In this document: piece by piece, positions 32,111-43,319 of the stretch
Layout: the number at the start of each line of letters is the position of its first letter
Numbering within the stretch: the stretch's first letter is position 1
Assembly: GCA_963664115.2 (NCBI GenBank)
Contig: CAXWPJ010000012.1
Location: 32,001-96,000 of the forward strand
Length of the DNA: 64,000 bases
From: Terriglobia bacterium
GTDB taxonomy: Bacteria; Acidobacteriota; Terriglobia; 20CM-2-55-15
Direction: 5' to 3'
The notes under the pieces: model-generated
Databases searched by the model: none
What the model was told of the DNA's origin: nothing
The model's input: only the letters and a program-made list of their open reading frames with translations
Made by a program: the position numbers and the translations under genes

Positions 32111-33868
32111 CTACTGATCCGCATCCTTTGCCTGAAACAAGTCTGCGAGCGTCGCACTGCCATCGTCACCCTCGCGATAGGGTTCTGCTGCTTCCTGATG
32201 ACGTTCGGCTTCTTCCGCTGTCGCTTTCCAACTCAATCCAATTTTCCGCTCAGCGGGATTCAGCTTGATGATCCGGAGTTCAATCTCATCACCGACATTG
32301 AATCGCGCTTCCGGATTGTCGCGATCGGCATCGTCCAATTCCGAAACGTGACACAGACCTTCAACGCCATCGGCAAGTTCGACGAATATCCCGAACGGCG
32401 CATGCCGGATCACCTGACCCTTGACGTTCGCACCAACCTTGTGCGTATCGAAGAATTCATCCCAGCCGTCCGGTTCCAACTGCCGGATGCCCAGCGACAG
32501 GCGGTGGCTGTCGACATCGATGTTAAGAATGACTGCATTCACCAGGTCGCCCTTCTTCAAGGCCTCTGATGGATGTTTGATTCTGCGTTGCGAAATGTCC
32601 GACACGTGAACCAGGCCATCGATACCTTCTTCAACTTCAATGAATGCACCAAAGTCCGTCAAATTGCGAACCCGCCCGGATATCACCGAATCCACGGTGT
32701 AACGCTCGGCAAGGGTGCTCCAGGGATCCGGTTCGATCTGTTTCAGCCCTAAGGAAATCCGCCGATTCTCGCCGTCCAAATCGAGTACAAGCGCCTCGAT
32801 GTCCTGACCGACTTCGAGGACCTTGGACGGATGCTTCACCCGTTTGCTCCAGGACATCTCTGACACGTGAATAAGACCTTCAACGCCCGCTTCCAGTTCA
32901 ACGAATGCGCCGTAGTCGGTAATGTTCACCACCTTACCCTGAACCCTGTCTCCGACAGGATAACGGTCCCTCACGACGGACCAGGGATCCGGAGACAACT
33001 GCTTGAAGCCCAACGAAACCCTTTCCTTTTCTCTATCGAACTTCAGTATCTTCACTCTTGTCTCATCACCGACTTTGAACATCTCGGAGGGATGGTTCAC
33101 TCTTCCCCAAGACAGGTCGGTAACGTGAAGCAGACCATCGAGGCCGCCCAGATCGACAAACACGCCGTAATCGGTAATGTTCTTCACCACGCCTTCGATA
33201 ATCGCGCCTTCTTCGAGCGTCGCCAGGGTTTCTGACTTCTTCACATCCAACTGTTCTTCGAGGACGAGTTTGCGGGACAGGACGATGTTGCCACGCTTGC
33301 GGTTCAGCTTGATCACCCGGCACTGTATGTCCTGACCTCTGAGCGAATCCAGGTTCTTTATCGGCCGCACGTCGATTTGGGAACCCGGCAAAAACGCTCG
33401 CACGCCGACATCCACACTGAGGCCGCCCTTGATCCGTTCGATGACGCGGCCGGTTATGATCGCGCCGTCATCGTAGGCCTTTTCGACGTCTTCCCAAACA
33501 CGAACCTTTTCCGCCTTTTCCTTGGAAAGAACGATATGTCCATCGCGGTCCTCGGTCTTTTCTATGAAGACGTCAACCTCATCGCCCACAGCGACTTCAA
33601 CTTCTCCGGAATCGTTCCGGAACTGGCTAAGCGGAATCATTCCCTCGGACTTGTATCCGATATCTACTACAGCTTCATTCTCCGTGACCTTCAGAACCGT
33701 CCCCTTGAGAACTTCACCTTCTTCGAACTTGCGGAATCCGCCGTACTGATCTAAAAGTTGCTCGTAACTTACCTCCTCTTCTTCGCCTCCCTGGGAAGTG
33801 GCGAATTGTCCGCTCCCCTCTGCGTCACCGGAAGGGATATCGGTCAATTCTTCGGGTTTGTTAACCAT
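32111..33868 (-). CDS. rpsA: 30S ribosomal protein S1
   Basis: Multiple S1 repeats (TDYGVFVDLGG, TDFGAFIEV). Confidence 0.96.
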   Translation of the reverse strand: MVNKPEELTDIPSGDAEGSGQFATSQGGEEEEVSYEQLLDQYGGFRKFEEGEVLKGTVLKVTENEAVVDIGYKSEGMIPLSQFRNDSGEVEVAVGDEVDVFIEKTEDRDGHIVLSKEKAEKVRVWEDVEKAYDDGAIITGRVIERIKGGLSVDVGVRAFLPGSQIDVRPIKNLDSLRGQDIQCRVIKLNRKRGNIVLSRKLVLEEQLDVKKSETLATLEEGAIIEGVVKNITDYGVFVDLGGLDGLLHVTDLSWGRVNHPSEMFKVGDETRVKILKFDREKERVSLGFKQLSPDPWSVVRDRYPVGDRVQGKVVNITDYGAFVELEAGVEGLIHVSEMSWSKRVKHPSKVLEVGQDIEALVLDLDGENRRISLGLKQIEPDPWSTLAERYTVDSVISGRVRNLTDFGAFIEVEEGIDGLVHVSDISQRRIKHPSEALKKGDLVNAVILNIDVDSHRLSLGIRQLEPDGWDEFFDTHKVGANVKGQVIRHAPFGIFVELADGVEGLCHVSELDDADRDNPEARFNVGDEIELRIIKLNPAERKIGLSWKATAEEAERHQEAAEPYREGDDGSATLADLFQAKDADQ

Positions 33869-34064
33869 TTGACTTGGCTTCCTCCTGCATAAATTGCGAG
33901 CCGCTAAGGTACCGGATTTCACCCACTATTGCAACCTTGCCGCAGGGCTCCGACTAGCCTCAGCTATCTGATCCTCGGGCATTTATCGCGCTTGCCCTCC
34001 CGGCCTGAAGGACAATCTCACAGGGCGAAACAGACCCCCAATTCCCCTACCCTGGCTCCGAGTC

Positions 34065-34093
34065 TTGTCGAGACTGTGCAGGCCCTCTATAAT
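34065..34093 (+). promoter_or_regulatory. Sigma70-type promoter of rpmE
   Basis: TTGTCG-17 nt-TATAAT. Confidence 0.7.
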
Positions 34094-34101
34094 GGGAGCT
34101 T

Positions 34102-34308
34102 ATGAGAAACGGTATCCACCCTGACTACGTCGACTCGGTTGTCACCTGCGCCTGCGGAGAGACGTTCCGCACCCGATCGACCAAGGCCGAGATCCACCTG
34201 GACATATGCTCCAAGTGCCATCCATTCTTCACCGGCAAGCAGAAGCTGATCGATACCGCGGGCCGGGTCGAACGATTCCAGCGCAAGTACGCTAAAAATA
34301 AGGAGTAG
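34102..34308 (+). CDS. rpmE: 50S ribosomal protein L31 (Zn-binding type)
   Basis: [18 protein letters not shown]. Confidence 0.96.
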   Translation: MRNGIHPDYVDSVVTCACGETFRTRSTKAEIHLDICSKCHPFFTGKQKLIDTAGRVERFQRKYAKNKE

Positions 34309-34469
34309 GCGGGCCATGCGATTCCTTCCCCGCCTGAAGTGCATCTGTTTGACGCAGACAGGATGGGAACATCGGAATCGGGTCCCGGCGCATGTTGCTC
34401 CGAACAGACTGAAACTACTGCGGCAGGAACTGCGAGAAGCCCTGACCGCGGGCACGGAAATGTTTAGCG

Positions 34470-35558
34470 ATGAATGACGCGCTTCTTGTCGAAAAACTAG
34501 CCACGCTGGAAGTACGCTACCAGGAACTGACCGAGGAACTGGGTGATCCTGAGGTCGTGACCAACAACCTCCGCTATCAGAAGATCGCCAAGGTACATAG
34601 CGAACTTGGCGAAATCGTTGAGAGATTCGACCAATTCCGTACTCTACAGAAAAAGCTCGCTGAAACCAGAAGTATGTCGGAAGACGGAGACGAAGATCCG
34701 GAAATGAAAGCCCTGGTGGGCGAAGAGTTGGCAACTCTTGAATCCAGCCTGGAAACCTGCCGCCAGGATCTGAAAGTCCTGTTGCTGCCAAAAGATCCCA
34801 ACGACGAACGAAACGTGATTCTTGAAATTCGGGCCGGTACCGGCGGGGATGAAGCCACACTCTTCACGGCCGACTTGTTCCGGATGTACTCCCGGTATGC
34901 CGAACGCCACCGCTGGAGGGTCGAGATCATGTCATCCAATCCAACCGGAGTTGGCGGTTTCAAAGAAATCATCCTCTTGGTCGAGGGTCATCAAGTGTAT
35001 AGCCAGCTGAAATATGAGAGCGGCGTTCACAGGGTGCAACGCGTACCGGCCACTGAAACCAGCGGAAGGACCCACACTTCAGCCGTGACGGTGGCGGTGC
35101 TTCCCGAAGCCGATGAAGTTGAAGTCCAAATCAGCGACAAGGACCTGCGCGTCGACACTTTTTGTTCTTCCGGGCCAGGCGGTCAGAGCGTCAACACCAC
35201 GTATTCGGCCATCCGCATCACACACATTCCAACTGGACTGGTCGTTTCGTGTCAGGACGAAAAATCCCAAATCAAGAACAAGGCCAAAGCCATGCGCGTG
35301 CTGCGCTCCCGCCTTTTCGACCTGGAACTGGAAAAACAACAGCAGGCCATGGCCCAGGAGCGGCGTTCGATGGTCGGCACCGGAGACCGGAGTGAGAAGA
35401 TCCGAACGTACAACTACCCTCAAAACCGCGTTACAGATCACAGAATTGGTCTGACACTTCACCAGCTGGAAGCTGTCACCGGCGGCGAACTCGACGTAAT
35501 CCTGGAAGCGCTCACCACGCACTACCAGGCGGAACGACTCAAGAAAGCAGTGGCGTGA
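34470..35558 (+). CDS. prfA: Peptide chain release factor 1
   Basis: PAT motif, GGQ. Confidence 0.96.
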   Translation: MNDALLVEKLATLEVRYQELTEELGDPEVVTNNLRYQKIAKVHSELGEIVERFDQFRTLQKKLAETRSMSEDGDEDPEMKALVGEELATLESSLETCRQDLKVLLLPKDPNDERNVILEIRAGTGGDEATLFTADLFRMYSRYAERHRWRVEIMSSNPTGVGGFKEIILLVEGHQVYSQLKYESGVHRVQRVPATETSGRTHTSAVTVAVLPEADEVEVQISDKDLRVDTFCSSGPGGQSVNTTYSAIRITHIPTGLVVSCQDEKSQIKNKAKAMRVLRSRLFDLELEKQQQAMAQERRSMVGTGDRSEKIRTYNYPQNRVTDHRIGLTLHQLEAVTGGELDVILEALTTHYQAERLKKAVA

Positions 35559-36385
35559 CGCTCGGCGAAACCCTCGCGGCCGCAAGCAAATCCCTGGACG
35601 AACATCGCATTGCGTCCGCGCGCTTGACCGCCGACGTCCTGCTCGCGCACTGCATGGACGTCGACCGGCCTTTCCTTTACGCTCACACCGATAATCGTCT
35701 CAGCGAAAAATCGTATAAGTCCTACCGATCAATGATAGCCCGCCGCATCGCGGGCGAACCGCTCCAATACATCACCGGTGTCCAGGAGTTTTACGGCAGA
35801 CGCTTTTCTGTCGACCCTTCGGTGCTCATACCCCGACCGGAAACCGAGGGTGTCATCGCAGCGGTCCTCGAAATCAAGCCCGGACCCGACTCGAGAATCA
35901 TCGACATCGGCACCGGTTCCGGATGCATAGCCTGCACGATGGCGCTGGAGTTGCCCGGGGTATCCGTATCGGCTTCGGACATTTCCCTGGCGGCCCTGCG
36001 AACGGCTCAAAAAAACGCAACAGCGCTGCGGGCGCAGGTGGATTTCGTCTGTATGGAATCGCTTGGCGCATGGTCCGGACATTTTGACGTGATCGTCTCC
36101 AACCCGCCCTATGTGGCTGGGGAAGACTACGATGGTCTGCAACGTGAGGTCCGCGATTTCGAACCCAGGGTGGCGCTGATCGGTGACCCCGACCCGCTCG
36201 AGTTCTACCGGCGCCTGTGCTCCCAGGCCCACGAACGCCTGGTCGATAGCGGCACTCTTGTGGTCGAAATTGGATATTCGATGGAGACGGCTGTCCGGGG
36301 TCTCTTTGACCGGGGATGGGAATTGTTGCCCACACGCAACGATCTTCAGGGCATACCCCGTGTCATCGCCGCTCGCAAACGTTAG
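35555..36385 (+). CDS. prmC: Release factor glutamine methyltransferase
   Basis: [20 protein letters not shown]. Confidence 0.95.
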   Translation: MTLGETLAAASKSLDEHRIASARLTADVLLAHCMDVDRPFLYAHTDNRLSEKSYKSYRSMIARRIAGEPLQYITGVQEFYGRRFSVDPSVLIPRPETEGVIAAVLEIKPGPDSRIIDIGTGSGCIACTMALELPGVSVSASDISLAALRTAQKNATALRAQVDFVCMESLGAWSGHFDVIVSNPPYVAGEDYDGLQREVRDFEPRVALIGDPDPLEFYRRLCSQAHERLVDSGTLVVEIGYSMETAVRGLFDRGWELLPTRNDLQGIPRVIAARKR

Positions 36386-36450
36386 GGGACGGACACGTCC
36401 TGTTGAATTATGGCCTGATTCGTCAATGTCGTTTGAAGTGTCCGTCCCCT
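36384..36450. repeat. REP/MITE-like palindrome family A, copy 3 (degenerate)
   Basis: AGGGGACGGACAC...TGAAGTGTCCGTCCCCT; overlaps the prmC stop codon. Confidence 0.8.
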
Positions 36451-37753
36451 GAGGTTTTTGTCTAGACGAAGTTTCGAGAACTGAGCTAAGCTTGCGACCG
36501 CGGCTTCAAAGTTATTCGAATTGCTGGCTTTAACTCCTGCCTCGTCGGATAATCCGGAGTACACGAGGATTCTTATGCATCGGTATTTGCTCATTGTCCT
36601 CCTGGGAAGTCTTGCCGGCACCGCATTCGGGCAAGCGGACCAGGAAAATACGACCCGCATGACCCGTATCTCCAAGATGAGCGCGACGACATCCGGCGAT
36701 CGCGGCACGTTCACTGTCCCCGGCGTTGAGACACTGAACCGGAACCAGTTTTCCTTTGGGATGGGGTGGAACAATTTTGACCGCACTCCCCGGGATCTGG
36801 ACATCAATTCCGTACCGGCGTTCCTCTCCTACGGTCTCACAGGCAGGTTTACCGTAACCGCAACTTTCGAAACGCAAAAACAAATTGCGGCGCGGAACCT
36901 GTCGCAGCCGGGTTTTTTCACTCGATTACCTTTTATTAACAGCCGTTTTTCGGAAGGGTTCGGAGACACCCTGCTGAACTTCAAGTACCGCATTCAACGC
37001 AAAGCGGACAACGTTGGGGGCATTGCCCTGTCGGGCTTCGTAAAGATTCCCACAGCTGACGAAACCCAGGGTCTGGGTACCGGCAAGGTCGACGGAGGTA
37101 TCGAATTGCTGTTCACTTCCCTGTTGCCACTCAATTTCATGTTGCACTCAAGCATGGGACTGGTTTCAACGGCGGATCCGGAGGTGCCCGTACCCATCGG
37201 TTTGAAGGACGAAATGCGGAGCGGTATCGGCGTTGCGTGGCCGGCGTCTGGAATCAGCCTGCTGGGAAACGAGCATCTGCTCCAGGGGATCTTCGAGTAC
37301 ACCAGTGTCACGTTCATTGGCGCAGGGACTCTGAACGACGTCATTCAAAGCCCTTCGGATCTGACGGTAGGACTCCGCTACCTCAGCCTTGGCCGCGGTC
37401 TGACCTTCAATGCCGGATACAGGCGTAACTCTAATTTTGACCTATCTTTTCCAGGAAATACTGAAAGTGATGGATTCATATTTGGCATCAGCTACACCCA
37501 GCCGGTTGAAGCCGTGCTGACCAACAATTCTCCGCTGGTTCTCCTGGAGGCGCCTTCCGATGAAGTCTCCGTTGGCGCTGCCCTCGAAATCACCGCAACG
37601 TCCTTTGACGCAGACAACGACGACCTGAGCTTGGCCTGGACCACAACGGGCGGACAGATTATTGGTGAAGGCGAAACCGTAAGTTTCGACGCTACAGGCC
37701 TCACACCCGGCCCCTACACCGTCCGAGCCCTCGTAACCGACGGTCAAGGCGGA

Positions 37754-39138
37754 GAGTTATTGTCAAAAGTGGTGTTTAGGAGATTGATTCAAGCGGCGGC
37801 CTGATCGACTTGTGTCGCTTCGACACCATCGTTGAATTTCACTCCGATGATTACCTTGCTCAGATCATCGAATCCTCGTAATCGTCGCCAATTGTTCTCA
37901 GCGCACTGGCCCAGTTTGAACATCATGTGCAGCATGCCATCCCGTGTCAGGCAACCTCTGGATCGCTTCGTTCGGTGTCGAATGGTGGCAAAGGTCGACT
38001 CAATGGGATTCGTCGTTCTGATGCTCTGCCAGTGCTTGGCCGGAAAGTCGTAAAAGGCCAGCAGTTCCTCTCTGTCTTTCTGCAGGCAGAGTGTGGCTTT
38101 CGGATACTTCGGTTCATAGGTTTCAATGAACAAGTCGAATGCCTTCTCGGCGTCTGCCTTCGTCTCGGCCTGCCAGATCGAGTGCAGGGCCTGTTTCGCC
38201 TTCGCCTGGACCGACTTGGGCAGGCAGTTGAGGACGTTCATGACTTTGTGCATCCAGCAACGTTGTTGACGTGTCTCGGGATAGATTTCCTCCAGTGCGG
38301 CCCAGAACCCCATCGCACCGTCACCGATGGCCAACTTCGGAACATTCATCCCACGGGACTTCAGCTTCAACAAGACCTCGCGCCAACTCTGTGTCGATTC
38401 CCGTACACCGTCTTCGATCGCCAGGAAACGCTTCTCTCCGCGTTCATTCACGCCGATCACGACCAATGCACACAACTTGGTTTGTTCCGCCCGAAGTCCG
38501 CTGTAGATGCCGTCGGCCCAGACATAGACCCAGCGATCTGCATCCAAACGCTCCTCGCATCCGAGGCGGTACTGTTCGCCCCAAACCTGTTTCAACCGCG
38601 ATACCGTGCTCGCCGACAGACCCTGCGCCTGGGGACCGACAAGAACTTTTAGGGCCTCACCCATCTCGCCGCTGGAAACGCCTTTCAAATACAACCACGG
38701 CACCGCTGCTTCCAGCGACTTCGTCTTCCGAATGTACGGTGGTACCAGGGCCGATCGGAACGTCACAGCTTCGCCCGTCTTGGCACGGACCTTCGGGATT
38801 TGGACTGTTACCGGACCCAATCCCGTCTGCAGTTCGCGTTCCGGCAGATAACCGTTGCGTACCACCCCGGCGTTTCCTGTCTCAGTTCGCCGGCCACCGT
38901 GCTGGGATAGCAGCTCTGCCAATTCGGCTTCCACTGCGCGTTGGATCAGTTGCTGTGCCCCAACTCGTAGTAGTTCTGTTACTGGATCCTCAATCGTTTC
39001 TCGACCTTCCGGTCCATTCACGTTACTCTTGCTCACAGTGGCGTATCTCCTATGGTTGCTTTGAAGTTTTGTCACAACAAATCAACCAGATACGCCGCTC
39101 TTATTCAATCCCTCAAACACCAGATTCGGTTATAACTC
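37754..39138 (-). mobile_element. IS256 family element
   Basis: Terminal IR GAGTTAT.../...ATAACTC; 9-bp TSD CAAGGCGGA at 37745-37753 and 39139-39147. Confidence 0.93.
37789..39036 (-). CDS. IS256 family transposase
   Basis: RNGY, WADG, GDGAMGF, QRCWMH, TTNPIES. Confidence 0.95.
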   Translation of the reverse strand: MSKSNVNGPEGRETIEDPVTELLRVGAQQLIQRAVEAELAELLSQHGGRRTETGNAGVVRNGYLPERELQTGLGPVTVQIPKVRAKTGEAVTFRSALVPPYIRKTKSLEAAVPWLYLKGVSSGEMGEALKVLVGPQAQGLSASTVSRLKQVWGEQYRLGCEERLDADRWVYVWADGIYSGLRAEQTKLCALVVIGVNERGEKRFLAIEDGVRESTQSWREVLLKLKSRGMNVPKLAIGDGAMGFWAALEEIYPETRQQRCWMHKVMNVLNCLPKSVQAKAKQALHSIWQAETKADAEKAFDLFIETYEPKYPKATLCLQKDREELLAFYDFPAKHWQSIRTTNPIESTFATIRHRTKRSRGCLTRDGMLHMMFKLGQCAENNWRRLRGFDDLSKVIIGVKFNDGVEATQVDQAAA

Positions 39139-39227
39139 CAAGGCGGATCGAGTCAGGCGGAAGTCACTATTACGGTCACACCGTAAGGCAGAACCAGTTA
39201 AGAGTTAAAAGTTAAGGCCGATGGCTC

Positions 39228-40169
39228 TTAACTTTTAGCTTCCTTCCGGTACCACTCGATCGTTCGTTCCAGTCCTTCAGGGAAAGTTACCGAAGGGCTC
39301 CAGTTGAGAATCTCACGCGCCCGCGAGATGTCGGCCCTCGAGTGTCGGATGTCGCCGGCTCGCGCGGCCGCATGGATGGCCTCAACATTTTGGCCCGTCA
39401 AAGCCCGCGTTTCCTCGAAGACTGCCTTCACCGTAACTTCTTGGCCTGATGCAATATTGAATATCTGTCCCACCCCACGCCGGGCCTCCGCAGCCCGAAG
39501 ATTAGCCGCGACAACGTCAGCCACATAGACGAAGTCCCGGGTTTGCAGTCCGTCTTCATAGATCGTGGGGACACGTGCCTCAAGGACGGCGGGAATAAAC
39601 TTTGCGAACACTCCGCTGTAGTCGGAAGACGCGTCCTGCCGCGGACCGAACACGTTGAAATATCTTAGCGAGACGGTCTCCAGTCCGTAGCTACTCCAGA
39701 ATAGCTGCGCATAGACCTCTCCAAGGTATTTCTGAGCGCCGTATGGAGATATCGGCTCGGCCGGCATGTCCTCAAATTTGGGCAGTACCGGATTGTCTCC
39801 GTATACCGCCGAAGACGACGCATAGACAACGCGGCGCACACCGGCATCCCGGCAGGCTACGAGGAGGCGTAGCGTAGCACTGACATTGGCTTCGTGGGAG
39901 GCAAGCGGATCGCTGATCGAACGAGGGACCGACGGGATCGCTGCCTGGTGAAATACCGTATCCACACCCACCAGATGTTGTTCAAGGCTTGCCTCCCGGA
40001 CGAGATCAAGCTTTCGAAATTCAATTGATTTCTCAACACCTCGAAGATTCTCCGGCTTCCCCGTCGATAAATTATCGAGTACGACAACCTTGTCGCCTCG
40101 CTCGACGAGGGCTTCCGCAATGTGGGAGCCAATGAAGCCGGCCCCACCGGTAACGACATGAACAGCCAA
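39228..40169 (-). CDS. NAD-dependent epimerase/dehydratase (extended SDR)
   Basis: GGAGFIG, SSSAVYG, YGAQK, RYFNVFGPRQ. Confidence 0.92.
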   Translation of the reverse strand: MAVHVVTGGAGFIGSHIAEALVERGDKVVVLDNLSTGKPENLRGVEKSIEFRKLDLVREASLEQHLVGVDTVFHQAAIPSVPRSISDPLASHEANVSATLRLLVACRDAGVRRVVYASSSAVYGDNPVLPKFEDMPAEPISPYGAQKYLGEVYAQLFWSSYGLETVSLRYFNVFGPRQDASSDYSGVFAKFIPAVLEARVPTIYEDGLQTRDFVYVADVVAANLRAAEARRGVGQIFNIASGQEVTVKAVFEETRALTGQNVEAIHAAARAGDIRHSRADISRAREILNWSPSVTFPEGLERTIEWYRKEAKS

Positions 40170-40199
40170 AGTTCCTCCGTATCGGGTCTATTTCGGGTG

Positions 40200-40678
40200 G
40201 GTGTCTGCCGGCGGGTGCGCTGTAAGCCGAATTCTGTTCCCCGACCGGGGCCGGGGCGGCAATCATTCATCTGGATCCCGGCTTTCACCGGGATTCGAGC
40301 GGCCTACCCGGAAGCTCGGACGAGCCGTCCTTCGACGCGCCTAAGCGCGACACACTTCCCTATTTGGCCTTGCTCCGTGTGGGGTTTGCCAAGCCGGTCC
40401 GTCACCGAACCGCTGGTGCGCTCTTACCGCACCTTTTCACCCTTACCGCTATTAAATTGAGGTCAGAGCCCTATTTCCCCTTTTAACCGGAACATTCCCG
40501 GCCGTCGAAATTAGGGAAATAGGGCTCTGACCCCAATTTCAAACAGCGGCGGTATATTTTCTGTGGCACTTTCCGTCCCTTTCGGGCCCCCGAATTACGG
40601 GGCACACTGCCCTGTGGAGTTCGGACTTTCCTCTCCCTTGACGGAAGCGATTGCCCACCCACCCGCACTGCAGACACC
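40200..40678 (-). ncRNA. rnpB: RNase P RNA, type A
   Basis: GAGGAAAGTCC, GAAAGTGCCACAGAAA, GGTAAGGGTGAAA.GGTGCGGTAAGAGC, ACAGAATTCGGCTTA; P1 GGTGTCTGC/GCAGACACC. Confidence 0.95.
40454..40539. repeat. REP-like palindrome family B inside rnpB
   Basis: 26-bp IR AAATTG(A/G)GGTCAGAGCCCTATTTCCC, 25/26 identical. Confidence 0.85.
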
Positions 40679-40719
40679 TCCAATATAGATACCACAGCGA
40701 TGCGGGCCAACGCTTTTCT

Positions 40720-41646
40720 TTAAGCAGAGCCCTTGAGCCGACGCCAAAGCTCTTCAAGCTCGGGAGGCAAGGGTGAATGAAATGTCATAGCGGTTCCGTT
40801 CGATGGATGGGAAAACGCCAGGTCCGAAGCGTGCAGGAAATAACGATGAAATTCCCCCCACTTACGAACAAAAGCCCGATGCCGTTTTTCTCCGTATACC
40901 GTGTCGCCCACCACAGGATGCCCGATCGCGTTCAGATGGACCCGGATCTGGTGCGTACGTCCCGTTCGAATCCTTACCTCGAGCAAGGAAAACGAGGCCG
41001 ACCCCTCCAGCACCCGATAGTCTGAGAAGGCCGTTCGTCCACCCTTGTTACGTACAGCCATTCGGGTGCGTGCACTGGGATGACGACCGATGCTCAGCTC
41101 AACCGTCCCAGTCTCTTTGGACAGCCGGCCGTGAACGAGCGCACGGTAGGACTTTCGAACCTCACGTTTTTCGAAGCTCCTGGACAGTCGAGAGTGCGCC
41201 TCGTTGGTCTTGGCGATCAGAATTAATCCAGAAGTCCACTTGTCCAGTCGATGCACAATTCCGGGCCGACCCGCCCCTCCCGCGTCGGACAGATCGAGAA
41301 AGCGCGCCTGGAGCGCGTTAGCGAGCGTGCCGCCCCGATTACCTGAGCCCGGGTGGACAACCATCCCTGCCGGTTTTTCTATGATCGCGAGAGCTCGATC
41401 TTCGTAGTGAACTTCGAGAGGAATCGGCTCGGGCTCAAGCCTCAACGGTTCGGCGCTGGGTGGGGTAACCTGGATCATGTCGCCGGTTTGAAGCCGGTAC
41501 CCTGCTTTCTCTGCCTCCCCATTGACCAGAATCGCGCCACGCCGGTTCATAGACTGGAGTCGGGACCGCGTCAGGTCTTCAAAAAAGCGGGTCAGGAATA
41601 TGTCGAGTCGCGTACCGCGATCCTCAGGACCGGCTTCGAATTTCAT
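40720..41646 (-). CDS. rluD: RluA-family pseudouridine synthase (RluD-like)
   Basis: S4 domain, KPAG, GIVHRLDK.TSG, TGRTHQIRVH. Confidence 0.88.
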   Translation of the reverse strand: MKFEAGPEDRGTRLDIFLTRFFEDLTRSRLQSMNRRGAILVNGEAEKAGYRLQTGDMIQVTPPSAEPLRLEPEPIPLEVHYEDRALAIIEKPAGMVVHPGSGNRGGTLANALQARFLDLSDAGGAGRPGIVHRLDKWTSGLILIAKTNEAHSRLSRSFEKREVRKSYRALVHGRLSKETGTVELSIGRHPSARTRMAVRNKGGRTAFSDYRVLEGSASFSLLEVRIRTGRTHQIRVHLNAIGHPVVGDTVYGEKRHRAFVRKWGEFHRYFLHASDLAFSHPSNGTAMTFHSPLPPELEELWRRLKGSA

Positions 41647-42136
41647 CTCGAATAATTTCCACCCCCAGGAGGGCTACGCCGACCGAAATCGCCGTGTCGG
41701 CAACATTGAAGTTTGGCCAGTAATAGGCATCCAGATGAAATTCCAGAAAATCAACGACATATCCATAGATCAAACGATCGTAAAGGTTGCCGATCGCGCC
41801 TCCGAATATGAGGGCGAGCCCTGTCTGCAAAACGCTCTGCCCGATCGGGCTCCGAACACTGTAAATCGCAACCACAACGGCGGCTGCAACGGCGAATCCC
41901 GACAGGACGACAACCCGGTACGGAGAGTCGGCTGAGGCAAACACGCCGAATGCAACACCGGTGTTGCGAACGTAGGTCAGGTTGAAGAAGCCGGCAATGA
42001 GCGTCAGGGATTCCCCCACCTCAAAGCGCTGATCGATGAGGAATTTCGTCAGTCGATCGACGAAAACCACTGCACCACTGAGAGCCAGGTAGGGCAATCT
42101 TTCCCTGATAATAAAACTGTCCCTCTGAGTCGTCAT
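41624..42136 (-). CDS. lspA: Lipoprotein signal peptidase
   Basis: NTGVAFG, GGAIGNLYDR, VVDF, FNVAD. Confidence 0.95.
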   Translation of the reverse strand: MTTQRDSFIIRERLPYLALSGAVVFVDRLTKFLIDQRFEVGESLTLIAGFFNLTYVRNTGVAFGVFASADSPYRVVVLSGFAVAAAVVVAIYSVRSPIGQSVLQTGLALIFGGAIGNLYDRLIYGYVVDFLEFHLDAYYWPNFNVADTAISVGVALLGVEIIRDEIRSRS

Positions 42137-42227
42137 GCTATGGTTCTAGGAAATCGCAAGTATGGTACTCTTGACTACGTAAACCATAGTATAGACAAGT
42201 CCAATGCCGGTCACCGACGATTCCATG

Positions 42228-43319
42228 AAGACCGTTGAAAAGAAAGAGACGATTCCGAATTTTCAATCGGTTCCCTCCGATTCGTGGATCGTTTCTCTGC
42301 GCAAGCAGCTGCGACAGCTTGCCGATGAACGCAAAAACCCTCCGGTTGAGCCGCAGCTTTCGGCTCCGCCCGATCCCACTGCGCTCGACAAACTTGTCGA
42401 TACGCCCACTCCGTTCAGCTCGCTGATCGCACAGATACGCAGGGGCATTGACGATGTCCTCCATCCCAAGGAAAAATTTAAAGCTTCAGCCGAGCCGATT
42501 GAAGTCGAGGCCGTCTGGTCTACGCACGACCAGAGAACACCCGGCGCGATTTCAATGGCAGCCCATGTTGTCGTTGTTGTGCTCTTGATGTTTCCCTTTT
42601 TCGGGTCGGGGTCCGATCCGCTCCAGATTACGGAGACGTTTATCCCCCTCGTGGCCCCAGGTTTGATTCTGACTCTGCCGCAAGAGGATGAGCAGTCCGG
42701 TGGTGGCGGTGGTGGTGGACAACTCGATGAAACACCGCCAATTCTGGGTGAATTACCGGAAATAGACGATGAACAACTCGTACCTCCGTCTCCTGAAATA
42801 CTCAACTTCGATCCCATTCTGGTTGCGGCACCGACGGTGATAGCCCCGCAGCTGGTCGATCTGGATCAGACGATCGACCTGGCAATGCTCGGAGCGTTTG
42901 ACGGCATTCCAGGTCCTCCATCGGCCGGGCCCGGAGTGGGCGGCGGTATCGGGACCGGGCAAGGACGCGGTGTCGGCGAAGGAAGCGGTCCGGGCGTTGG
43001 CGAAGGAGAAGGGGGCGGTTTTGGCGGCGGAATTTTCAGCATTGGTGGCGGTGTAACAACACCGACGCTGCTTGCGCAACTGTTGCCCGAATACTCTGAA
43101 GAAGCGCGTAAAGCTAAATATGAAGGCACCGTGATCCTGGAAACGATTGTCCGGAGAGACGGCACGGTCGAAGTGGTTCGAGTGACGCGCAGCCTGGGAT
43201 ACGGTCTCGACGACAAAGCTATTGAGGCGGTCACTCAATGGCGATTCCGGCCCGGCATGCGCAACGGCGAGCCCGTCGATGTCGCCCTGAAGATCGAGGT
43301 CAATTTCAACCTCCGATAG
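42228..43319 (+). CDS. Energy transducer TonB family protein
   Basis: TM helix, Gly-rich linker, PEYSEEARKA..EG.V.L, WRF.P C-terminal domain. Confidence 0.88.
   Translation, partial: KTVEKKETIPNFQSVPSDSWIVSLRKQLRQLADERKNPPVEPQLSAPPDPTALDKLVDTPTPFSSLIAQIRRGIDDVLHPKEKFKASAEPIEVEAVWSTHDQRTPGAISMAAHVVVVVLLMFPFFGSGSDPLQITETFIPLVAPGLILTLPQEDEQSGGGGGGGQLDETPPILGELPEIDDEQLVPPSPEILNFDPILVAAPTVIAPQLVDLDQTIDLAMLGAFDGIPGPPSAGPGVGGGIGTGQGRGVGEGSGPGVGEGEGGGFGGGIFSIGGGVTTPTLLAQLLPEYSEEARKAKYEGTVILETIVRRDGTVEVVRVTRSLGYGLDDKAIEAVTQWRFRPGMRNGEPVDVALKIEVNFNLR

Larger units (their letters stand above)
36575..39186 (+). pseudogene. Secreted beta-barrel-like protein with C-terminal PKD/Ig domain, interrupted by IS256
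   Basis: Signal peptide AFG|Q; ...TDGQGG [IS] SSQAEVTITVTP* restored when the IS and one TSD copy are removed. Confidence 0.75.
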
